A stretch of 64,000 nucleotides of DNA from Piromyces finnis finn (lineage: Eukaryota; Fungi; Neocallimastigomycota): contig MCFH01000005.1 in assembly GCA_002104945.1 (NCBI GenBank), forward strand, positions 248,001 through 312,000. The letters run 5' to 3'. The notes below the pieces were generated by a model. It was not told the origin of the DNA. It made no database searches and was given only the letters and a program-made list of their open reading frames with translations. This document shows positions 1 to 10,800 of the stretch, piece by piece (position 1 is the first letter of the stretch; each line of letters opens with the position of its first letter). Position numbers and translations under genes: made by a program.

Positions 1-1751
1 AACCATATTTCTTCATCACTTGCAATAATTAATGAAAATGAAGAAAGTTTTGAAAATGACAATGCTAATAAATATAGGAAAAATAAACATATTTTAAAAA
101 CGAGTTCAATTCAAAACTTAAAAATAGAGAATGAAGATAATCCAAAAGATGTTTCATGCCATCTTTCCAACTTATCGGATGATAAATTCTTTTGTAGTTT
201 CAAAAGTCAACAATTAATTAATTCTAATGAAAAAGTATTTAGACGATGTTATAGTTCTAGTTCAATGAAAACTAGTCATTCTGAGGTTGGTCCTAGTGAC
301 TTTGAAAAAATTAAACTTTTAGGTCGTGGTGACGTTGGAAAAGTTTATTTAGTGGTAAAAGAATATTATAATTTTATATATATTAAGAATAATATAATTT
401 TAAAATTTATTTATTAAACCTATTTTATCATATTACTTAAAAATAATAATTATTTTTTATTCATTACTATTTCTCGTTAATTTAAAAAAGAGAAAAAAAG
501 GTACAGATTCATATTATGCATTAAAAGGTAATATTTTAAAATTTATAAAATTTATTTTTATTTCTATATTAATTATATTATTATTATAATTATTACCATG
601 CTATTATTTTTTTTTATCTTTAGTGTTATCAAAAAATGAAATGATAAAAAGAAATAAAGTCAAAAGAGCTTTAACTGAACAAGAAATTTTAGCAAGCGCC
701 AATCACCCATTTATTATAACGTTGTATCATAGTTTTCAAAGTAAAAATAATATATACTTTTGTATGGAATTTTGTGCAGGAGGTGAATTTTTTAGAGCCC
801 TTCAAACTCATAAAGGTAAGTGCCTTTCAGAGAATGCAGCTAAATTCTATGCTGCGGAAGTCACTTGTGCTTTAGAATATCTTCATTTACTTGGGTATAT
901 TTATCGTGATCTTAAACCTGAAAATATATTATTACATGCAAGTGGTCATATAATGCTTACAGATTTTGATTTATCAAAACTCTCCTTTTCACCAGGAAAT
1001 CCTACAATTAAAAGAGCATCACATTTTTTCAATAGTGGTTCTCCAAAATCTCAAACTATTATTGATACTAAATCATGCACTGCCAATATTAGAACAAATT
1101 CTTTTGTTGGTACTGAGGAGTATATTGCACCAGAGGTAATTAAAGGTGATGGTCACACCAGTATGGTTGACTGGTGGACCCTAGGTATTTTAATTTACGA
1201 GATGATCTATAGTACAACTCCTTTTAAAGGAATTACTCGTAATGAAACTTTTAATAATATTCTTAATAAAGATGTTCAATTTCCTGAAACTAACCGGTAC
1301 TCTAAAATTTCTAGTCATGCAAAAAATCTCATGAAAAAATTATTGATTAAAGATGAATATAAACGACTTGGTGTAAAATCAGGTGCCTCAGATATTAAAT
1401 CACATAGTTTTTTTAAAGGTATTAATTGGGCACTTTTACGTAATATTAAACCACCAATTATTCCAAATATAAAAACATCATTTGATACTAGTAATTTCCG
1501 TAATATTACTGAAAATATTTCCTTTGATATAGAAAATGATAAATCATTAAGTGAAACGACTTTTGATGATCCATTTAAAGATTTTAATTCAGGTAAATAT
1601 TTTTATAAATAATACTCTTGTTAATATATAATTATTTAACCTAAATCCATGTTATTAATTAAATTATTATTTATTTTTATTTTTCTTTAAAAAAAATATA
1701 TAACTTTTTATTACATAATTTTTAGTTACTCTTCATTATGATAATAATTAA
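1..1751 (+). CDS. nrc-2: AGC-family Ser/Thr kinase, Nrc-2/Fpk1/Kin82 type; 5' part lies outside the window. Exons 1-354, 491-527, 624-1592, 1726-1751
   Basis: Frame 1 is open from base 1 to ...[28 protein letters not shown] introns 355-490, 528-623 and 1593-1725 join in frame ([19 protein letters not shown]...; [16 protein letters not shown]). Motifs include [13 protein letters not shown] (DFD in place of DFG, typical of this subfamily) and [14 protein letters not shown]. Confidence 0.9.
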
Positions 1752-1799
1752 AAAAAAAAATAAAAAAAAATAAATAGAGTATCAGATGAATTAACTTAG

Positions 1800-1902
1800 A
1801 GTTTTTATTGAATATAAATATACCTATTGAGAAATAACAAAAATAGATGAAATAACTTTACAGTTTTTATTGAATATAAATATACCTATTGAGAAATAAC
1901 AA
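1800..1902. repeat. 41-bp direct repeat (1800-1840 and 1862-1902)
   Basis: agtttttattgaatataaatatacctattgagaaataacaa occurs twice, 62 bp apart. Confidence 0.9.
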
Positions 1903-2581
1903 CAATCAATATTATTTATTAAAAATGCTAGTCATTTTATTATAGTAGTCATTACTCAACATATAAAATAAATATAATAATAATATTATTAATATTATTA
2001 TTTTTATTATTATTTTATTATTAAAATTGATGAAATCAAAAAAAAAAAAAAAAAATAACATATCATATATATAATTATTTTTCTTATTGTAAATAGTTTA
2101 TTACATATATTGAATGTTAGTATAAATAATCTATTAATTTATTAATGCTTTTAAAATTAAAATATATAAAGAACTTAATGAAAATAAAATAAAATAATTA
2201 TTATTATTTTAATAGGAACTAATTAAAACATAATACATATCAAAAAACGAATAAATAAAATAATAAAAGAGTTTCTTTAAAGATTAAAAAATTAAAATTT
2301 TTATTATTTGCATATATTCATGATAGTATAAAAAAAAAAAATTATATGGAAAGATGTTAAGATACACAAAGAAATTATAGAATATTGTGTAACTATATAA
2401 AAAAAAAAAAAACATATTTTTATATCCAAAAATATTCTCCCTTTTTTATTTATATATTTTATTTTATTTTTGTTAAGTAAAATGTATATTTCAATAATTT
2501 AGATCTATTATTTTGGAAATATACCTTTTTTTATATAAATAAATAATAAATATAAAAGCAAAATTTTCAATAACAGTATTG

Positions 2582-2616
<35 letters not shown>

Positions 2617-4448
2617 TAAAAAAACTAATGCTTTTTTTATTTTTATTGATGCACTGATGAATTTGATGAATAATATATATAATATATTAAAGTATATTAA
2701 TATATTTACATTTTTAATAAATTTTATCTTATCAAAAAAAAAAAAAGTAATTTCTTGATAAAAAAAAATATATATTAAAAATTTAAATAATGAATATAGT
2801 ATTAATTATAATATAAAAATATATTCCAATTTTTAAATGAAAGTAATGTAACTTTTGAGATTTATTATTTAGTTTTTATTTTTCTACATCTATAGAAATA
2901 AGTTTGAGTTATAATAGATTTTGTTTTTCTTTTCTAACATGAAATCTAAATAATAAAAAGAAAAAGTATGAATATATAATTTTTCACATTTTATATTGTT
3001 AATAATAAAAACAATATATTATAATATATTGTTAATAATACTCATGTATATATTCAAATTAATATGTTAATGGCAAAAGTTTTTAAATTTAATTATTTTA
3101 TGATAAAAATAAAAAATAAAACAATCTATATTTACCATTTATATTAAATCGTAAAATTTAGAATTGAAGAAAGCAAAAAAATTCATCAATAATGGTCGAT
3201 ATTTGCTTAAAATACAAAATTATACTATTTTTAAAAATACACTCATTTTTTTTTTAAAAGATTAAATAGTAATAAAATCATTTACTTTCCCTCTTTCTTT
3301 ATCACAATAAATGTATATAATGGAATATTTACTTATTTTTGATTTTCGTTACACAAATCTTTTTATAGATAATATTTATTATAAATTAAAGTTTTTAAAC
3401 ATTAAACATTTTAATGTGCAAAAAAATTCATATATAAATAAACTTCAAACATTTTCATAAAATAAGTTTCAGTGTAATAAATTAATATCATTAGCTTAAT
3501 TCTAAAAAAAAAAGTTTGTATTAATTATTAATAATTTTTTTTTTCTTTTTACTTTTAAAAAGGAATGAAAATGTTCATAATTTGGAAATATAAAATATTA
3601 TTAAATATAAAATTATTATTTAATATTCTAAATAAATGAATATAATATATAACATAACTTTTAAATATTAAAAAAAAGTTTATTCCATTACTTTATGTGA
3701 ATGTTTTTTATTATTAAAATTATTATTGATGATTACTATATATTTTAATTTATTCATATGATATATAAAATTTATTCAAGTTAAAATAAATTATGAATCA
3801 TTATTATTTCAATAAAAATTATAAAAATGATATATATGATATACTAATACTAATATACTTTTTAATTTAGTTATTTATGAAATATATATTATAAATAACC
3901 TCTCTTTTTAAATTTAATATATATTAATTGATTTATATTTGTGTAAGTTACACATTTTTAGATTCTTTTTTTTTATATAAACACATTTATTTTCTTATGG
4001 TAAATATATGTTTAATAAAATTTATTTTTATTTTATTATATTTTTAATTTAAATATATATATACACACACTATATATTGATATATTTTCTTTTATATATA
4101 ATCTCATATATCTTATATATCGAAAATAGAAGAAAAAGATATTAAGTGGATATTAACTAAAAAAAAAAAATGATTTATTGTAAAAGTTTAAAAGATAAAA
4201 ATAATATAAATATTAAAATTATTTCTTTTTATTAAATTTTTTACTAAAAATAAAAAAAAAAAATATAAAAAGGTAAAGAGAAAATTGAATAAAATTCTCA
4301 ATGTATTAAATATAATATTTTTAAACATATATAATATTATTTCATTACATAAAGAGTTAAATATGCTAATTTATTAATATTATTATTAATATATACTTTC
4401 ATAAATATTTTTTTAAACTTTTATTTCATAAAGAGAGGAATTATCAAA

Positions 4449-6281
4449 ATGAATGCATTATTATTATTAATAATATGTGTAATAATACTTGGATTAGGCT
4501 ATATCATTTATGGTAAATGGCTTGAAAAAACTTGGGGTGTTAGAGAAGGTGATGATGAAGAAACACCAGCAAATACAATGGAGGATGGTGTTGATTATGT
4601 TCCAGCCAAAGCTCCTGTTTTGATGGGACATCATTTCTCATCTATTGCTGGCGCTGGTCCAATTACTGGTCCAATTGGTGCTGCTATGTTTGGTTGGCTT
4701 CCTGTTACTCTTTGGATTCTTATCGGTGGTATTTTCTTTGGTGGCGTTCATGATTTTGGCGCTTTATATGCATCAATTTGTCATAAAGGTCAATCCATTG
4801 GTGAAATTATTTCTGCTAATATGAGTCGTCGCGCTAAGCGTTTATTTATCATTTTCTCATACTTAACTTTAGTTTTGGTTGTTGCAGCATTTTCTTCTAT
4901 TGTTGCTACTTCTTTTGGTGCAACCAAAATTAATGGGGTTATTGATAAAACTGCAAGTTCTACTAATGCTGCTGTTGCCATGGTTTCCATGCTTTTCATA
5001 TTAATCGCTGTTATTTATGGTTTCATTGTTCATAAGATCAATCCACCAATGATTATTGCTTCTATTTTGGGAGTTTTTGCTATTGTTGCCTGTTTAATTA
5101 TTGGTATGTGTTTCCATCCATTATACTTAACTGCTAATGCTTGGATGATTATTATTGGAATATATATTTTTATCGCTTCTGTTACACCAGTTTGGATTTT
5201 ACTTCAACCTCGTGACTATTTAAGTTCATTCCTTCTTTATTTCATGGTAATTGTTGCATTTATTGGCGTTTTTGGTGCTCATCCAAGTATGGACAAATTC
5301 CCAGCCTTTTCAGGTTTTTCTATTACTAATGACAATGGAACTCAATACATGTTTCCAATCCTTTTCACTACTGTTGCATGTGGTGCTATTTCAGGTTTCC
5401 ACTCTTTAGTTTCTTCTGGTACTACTTCTAAACAATTAAGCAAGAAAAAAGAAGCAAAACCAATTGCATATGGTGGTATGTTATTAGAATGTGTTATTGC
5501 CATTTTAACTCTTTGCGCTATTTCATATGCCTATCGCTGGAATATTGAAAACCCAACTGAGAAACTTACTGGAGCAACTGCTATTTTTGCAGGTGGTATT
5601 TCTAAGATGGTAGCAACTATTCCAGGTTTAAAAAGTTTAGAAAAAAGTTTATATACTTCATTGGTCGTTATTTATTCTGCTTTTTGTTTAACTTCATTAG
5701 ATACTGCTACTCGTTTAGCTAGATTCATGTTCCAAGAATTTTGGTTAGAACCTGGACAAACTACAAAAGATATTAAAGATGGATGGAAGAAGGTTATGGT
5801 AAATCCATACTTTGCTACCATTCTTTCCGTTGTTTTAGGTGTTACACTTGGAATTAATGGTTATGATAAAATTTGGGGTTTATTTGGTGCTGCTAACCAA
5901 TTACTTGCTGGTATTGGTCTTTTAGCTATCACTACCTGGCTTGGTAATGTTGGTAAGAACAATAAAATGTTATACATTCCAATGGCTTTCATGATGGTTG
6001 TTACAATTTGTTCTTTAATTTTAACTGTAAAGAATCAAATTATTATTATTTCTAATGGAAAAGCTGATTGGGGACCATATACTCAAACTATCTTTGGTAT
6101 TCTTTTAATTATACTTTCTCTTGTTCTTTTAATTGAAGGTCTTCAGACCTTATTCGGAAAGGAAAAAAAAGAAAAAATTCAAAAAGAAATAATTACCAAG
6201 GAAAAAATGGAAGAAATGAAAGTTAAAGAAGAAGGTACTGAAGATATTACTGATGTTAAAATTAGTAAAACTGAACCATAA
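4449..6281 (+). CDS. cstA: CstA-family (carbon starvation protein A) peptide/pyruvate transporter; intronless, bacterial type
   Basis: 610-aa multi-pass membrane ORF with CstA motifs DGVDYVP, GHHFSSIAGAGPITGP, GGVHDFGAL, LLQPRDYL, ACGAISGFHSLVSSGTTSKQ, TSLDTATRLARF and FGAANQLLA. Confidence 0.93.
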   Translation: MNALLLLIICVIILGLGYIIYGKWLEKTWGVREGDDEETPANTMEDGVDYVPAKAPVLMGHHFSSIAGAGPITGPIGAAMFGWLPVTLWILIGGIFFGGVHDFGALYASICHKGQSIGEIISANMSRRAKRLFIIFSYLTLVLVVAAFSSIVATSFGATKINGVIDKTASSTNAAVAMVSMLFILIAVIYGFIVHKINPPMIIASILGVFAIVACLIIGMCFHPLYLTANAWMIIIGIYIFIASVTPVWILLQPRDYLSSFLLYFMVIVAFIGVFGAHPSMDKFPAFSGFSITNDNGTQYMFPILFTTVACGAISGFHSLVSSGTTSKQLSKKKEAKPIAYGGMLLECVIAILTLCAISYAYRWNIENPTEKLTGATAIFAGGISKMVATIPGLKSLEKSLYTSLVVIYSAFCLTSLDTATRLARFMFQEFWLEPGQTTKDIKDGWKKVMVNPYFATILSVVLGVTLGINGYDKIWGLFGAANQLLAGIGLLAITTWLGNVGKNNKMLYIPMAFMMVVTICSLILTVKNQIIIISNGKADWGPYTQTIFGILLIILSLVLLIEGLQTLFGKEKKEKIQKEIITKEKMEEMKVKEEGTEDITDVKISKTEP

Positions 6282-6583
6282 GTACATAAAGTAAACTATT
6301 GATTATAGTTACAAGATAATCCAAAAATAAATAGAATTTTTTAATTCAATAATATAATATCCTAATGATGGATATTATATTTGTAAAATAGAAATAATTA
6401 ATAAATGAAATATTTAATTAAATTAATAATTAACCTCTCAAAAAAAAAAAAAAAGAAAGAAAAACAAAATTATTATAAACAATTTCTATTATAATATATT
6501 CATAAACTAATATATTATATATAGTATATAAATAAAAAAAATTAGTCTTAAATTCAAATATAGATAATAAAATTATATATATA

Positions 6584-6776
6584 CAAAATATAAATATATA
6601 GAATTTAAAAAAAAAGTCAAATGTAAAATTAAGTTATATAAAAAATAAAATAATAAATAAAAAAAAAATTATCAAAATATAAATATATAGAATTTAAAAA
6701 AAAAGTCAAATGTAAAATTAAGTTATATAAAAAATAAAATAATAAATAAAAAAAAAATTATCTAAAATATAAATAT
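6584..6776. repeat. 89-bp tandem duplication (about 2.2 copies) just upstream of LINE A
   Basis: The unit starting caaaatataaatatatagaattt begins at 6584 and 6673, with a partial copy at 6762. Confidence 0.85.
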
Positions 6777-6828
6777 TTCATCCATTATTCATTCTGTGTT
6801 AAATGTATAATATGTTAATAAATTAGAG

Positions 6829-6935
<107 letters not shown>

Positions 6936-7055
6936 CCTTGGGAACGCATCATGAAAATATTCCAGATCTACAGCAAACACAATTTCAATCTCTTGATAAC
7001 TATCGAGGTATATCACTTATCAATAATGGTATTAAGTTGATTTCCAAAATTGTCT

Positions 7056-7224
7056 CCCTCTTGGGAACGTGCCTTCATTTATTTAATAAATGTAGTTTCT
7101 CAAGGGGGTCTACTCATGCTCATGGTACTGAGAGAGTAGAAAGAATTAAATCCAAGCATTGCGCAATGGATGCTTGGTTAGTCTTCAAGGGAAAATTATT
7201 AGGACTAAGCTCATGGTACTGAGC
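7056..7224 (+). ncRNA. Structured 5' leader of LINE A (five hairpins); function unknown
   Basis: Stems: CCCTCTTGGGAA/TTTCTCAAGGGGG (7056-7108), TCTACTC/GAGTAGA (7109-7140) enclosing CTCA/TGAG, CCAAGCAT/ATGCTTGG (7152-7177), TTAGTCTT/AGGACTAA (7178-7208) and GCTCA/TGAGC (7209-7224). Near-identical copies occur at 12806 and 12930. Confidence 0.65.
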
Positions 7225-7826
7225 GATTAAAAAACATTTTATTCATCGAATTTAAGTATTTGATGAATAAGTTGAATGTTTGATATTCAGGTAAGTTTGT
7301 ATAGTATTTAATTAGAAGAGTAATACATTTTGTTGCTGTATTTTTTCTTTTATTCATGTATTCTTGTAGTACTACTCTTCTCTTGTAAGAATCCAATGTA
7401 GTCAACTTTAGCATTTGCATTGTACTTTTATATTCATGTAGCTATTGTTGTATTGTTTCTTGTAAGAGACTGATTCACTCTACATCATGTAAAAATACTA
7501 TTCACAAGCTTTCTGGTGTCGACATTCTTGATTCAAATTTTTTACCAATTTAAATATTTAATGAAAAGTAAAGTCAAACAAGTTTAGTGTCAAAAAGCGA
7601 ATCGAATTTACTAACAACAAACCAAAACTAGAATTTTTAAAAAAAGTTAACAACTAGAATTCAAAAAAAGAAACTTTAAACTTTAAACAAAGTATCGTAA
7701 CAATTTTTGTACTATCCAGTACTTTTAAGAAGAGAGAGAGAGACAGATTTTTTCCATATACGTTATATTTATAATTTTTATTAGTATTTATTTTATATTC
7801 AATTTTTTTAATTAGAATTAATTATC

Positions 7827-10800
7827 ATGTCAGTCCTTTATATTAAAGATAAGAATTATATCAGACGTGGTACCCGGTCTTATGGTATCCCCTTAGATGA
7901 TATTCGCTCCTTCTTTATCCGTGGTATTCGATCATGGTCAGTAAATATGCTATGGGAAAAACTCGAGGTTATTCTAGAAGATAAATTTAATTCAGTTATT
8001 AGTGTTAAATATTTTCAGACTTTCAATGATCACTTTTTCTTAGTCAAGGTTCATGGTTCATCGAAAGATTGTATTAAAATCTTACACATGTTAAAGAAGA
8101 AACTTTCAGTTACCTCAATTTCCTTTTCAGCTCGTAGTAGAAGGAATCACAAATACACTTTTTCCACTCTCAAACGTAAAATTTTAGTTTCTAATAAACA
8201 TCAACATTCTATTCAACAATCATTTCAACAATCAGTTCAACAATCTCATCAACAATCCGATCTTCAACTAGATCTTCAACAAGATCTTCAACAAGTTTCC
8301 AATCATGAAAATATTCCAGATCTACAGCAAACACAATTTCATTCTCAACATTCAACAATTAATTCTAATAGCTCTATCAACTCTGATAACAGTTCAATAG
8401 TTGATAGTTCTTCAGTTTCACAGCCATCTAGTAATAGTTCTACTTATTCCTCTGATGCATCATCCATTAATAACGATGACTTTAATAATAATAATAATAG
8501 CAACGATTCTTCCTCATCCAACAAGCCTGATAACTTTTCTTTTTGTCTTAGTTGGAACACCAATGGGTGGAATCACGAAAAGAGAGATAGTATTAGCTAT
8601 TTCACAGCTATTTTCAAACCATTATTTTTATGTTTCCAAGAAACTGGTAATGGTTCTGGATCGAATACAGATTATCCTTGTCGTGTTACTTTGCGAAACT
8701 ATAGACACTTTTTCAAGAAAGCTGACGAATCAGTTCCGGGAATGAGAGGTTTATATTTAGGTTTTCACAATTCATGTCAAGCCTCACTTGAAAACTTCTC
8801 TGGAAAGTATATTATTTCTATTTATACTTTTAGTCTCTGGAATAGATTCAAATGCTCGATTGGTAATGTTTATATGCCTCATAGTCATCACAACATCTAT
8901 GTTGATCATGCAAAGTTAGAAGTTCGCTTGTGGTTACAAACTCATTCATCCCATCCATCGATTCTTGTTGGTGATTTTAATATGTCTAAAGTAAAATTAT
9001 CCAACTGGTTATCAACTAATGGATTAGGAGATTGGGAAATTCTTCCGCTTAGAGGGTCTACTATCTCTTGGACTCGAGGTGATCAATCTTCCGACATTGA
9101 CCATGCTCTTATCAATTCGAAGATGAAAGATCTTATTCACTCAGGATCATTTATAAATAATTTTTATCCTGTATCAGACCATAAGCCACTTCTTATTAAT
9201 GGTAAAATTATTCCTATGGAAGATTTTTCTAATGACTTTAATGTTCCTAAGAAAATTCTGAAATGGAATAGATTAAAATGTATTGAGGAAAAGGAATCTA
9301 TTCTCAGTCATAATAAATTCCAAATACTTTCAGCAAAATCCAACGATCCTAATGTTTCTACAGATGAACTTTCCAAAGAGTTTACTTCAACTGCTTTCTC
9401 AATTGCAGACGAGCTCAGTATTACTTCAGCAAATAATGTTATAAAGTCTTCATTTCATATTTCACAACAAATTTTTAATCTCCAAAAAATCAAAATGAAG
9501 TTGTATAAGAGATTTAAAAAAGAAAGAATTTATGATATAGATGAATTTATTAAAAGAATTAAAATCTACCGTAAGCTCATTGATTACATCCACAAAAGAT
9601 GTAATGAATTTAGGAAGCAAGAATATCTTCATTGGATTAAAACAGGATGTGAGTATATGAAGAGTCATAATCCTAAGAAGGCCTGGAAATGGATCAAGAA
9701 AACTGCAAAAATTGGAAAAGATTCTTTCTTTATTGCTCAACCAATTAAAAATAAAAATGGAGAATTAGTTGTTGCTACGGAAGAACAACTAGAAGTGTGG
9801 CATGATCATTTCGAAAAGCTTGCATCAGACCCAAGTGGTGTAAGTCTTGATTTGGAGCATTGGTATGAAGAACCAATGAATAAACGTTTTTCACTTCCTA
9901 TGCTTGATGAGTGGGATATCAACCAAGATATTAGTATTGATGAAGTCAAGTCAGCTATCCTCACTACTCCAAATTATAAAGCATCAGGTCCGGATGGTAT
10001 TCCAATTGAATTTTACAAAGCATTAATTCCATCAAGTAATGATTCTAATAATGCTACAGATAATAATTCTTCTGGTAATACTACTTCAGATAATGATGCT
10101 CATGGTTTAAATTTTATTCTTAAATTATTCAACCGTATTTGGGATGGAGATTTCCCCAACTCATGGAATGAATCCAGTATTGTTTCTATTCCTAAGAAGG
10201 GAGATTTGACAGATTGTGATAACTATCGAGGTATATCACTTATCAATAATGGTATTAAGTTGATTTCCAAAATTGTCACCACTAGAATCTCAGAATATGG
10301 TCTAAAGAATAATTTCATTAGACCTGAACAATTTGGTTTTCGAAAAAAGGAAGAAAGTATTAGTCTTTTCATTTCAATCCAAGAAATATGCCGTAGACGT
10401 CAATTAGATAATAAAGAGACATATTTGGCCTTTTTAGATCTCAGGAAAGCATACGATTCAGTCCCAATCGGTAATATTCTCCATAAATTAGATTGTTTAG
10501 GAATCCGAGGTAAGAGTCTACAATTTATCAAAAATTTATATTTAACATCTAAGGCTAATGTCAAATTAGATGGACAATTCTCGAAATCTTTTGATGTGAA
10601 GAAAGGAGTCCGTCAAGGATGCCCTCTTTCTCCTATTCTCTTTAATCTCTTTATTAATGATATATTTAGAGAGTGCGAAGATCTCGGAGTCAGTTTAGGT
10701 GACACTCGATGCTGTGGTGGACTTTTTGCAGATGATATAGTTATTTGTGCTCCAACAAGAGGATGCTTAAAAAAGATGCTTAGAAGAGTTAATGAATGGG

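Noticed and set aside
623-1612. ORF-track start (GTG at 623) and end (GKYFYK*) for the kinase
   Set aside because: Both run into introns. The spliced model restores the Gly-rich loop, the catalytic Lys and the conserved NSVTLHY tail.
7105-7145. Assignment of the leader to hammerhead (CTGA...GAAA) or HDV/CPEB3-like (GGGGGTC start) ribozymes
   Set aside because: The CUGANGA spacing is wrong with no room for stem II, and no P1 partner or pseudoknot for GGGGGTC could be found by eye. The module is left unclassified.
7141-7175. Resemblance of AGCAT-TGCGCAATGGATG to the U6 snRNA stem-loop (AGCAUGGCCCCUGCGCAAGGAUG)
   Set aside because: About a dozen matching bases with gaps, no ACAGAGA box, and a different pairing supported by covariation. 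Probably coincidental; an Infernal U6 scan would settle it.
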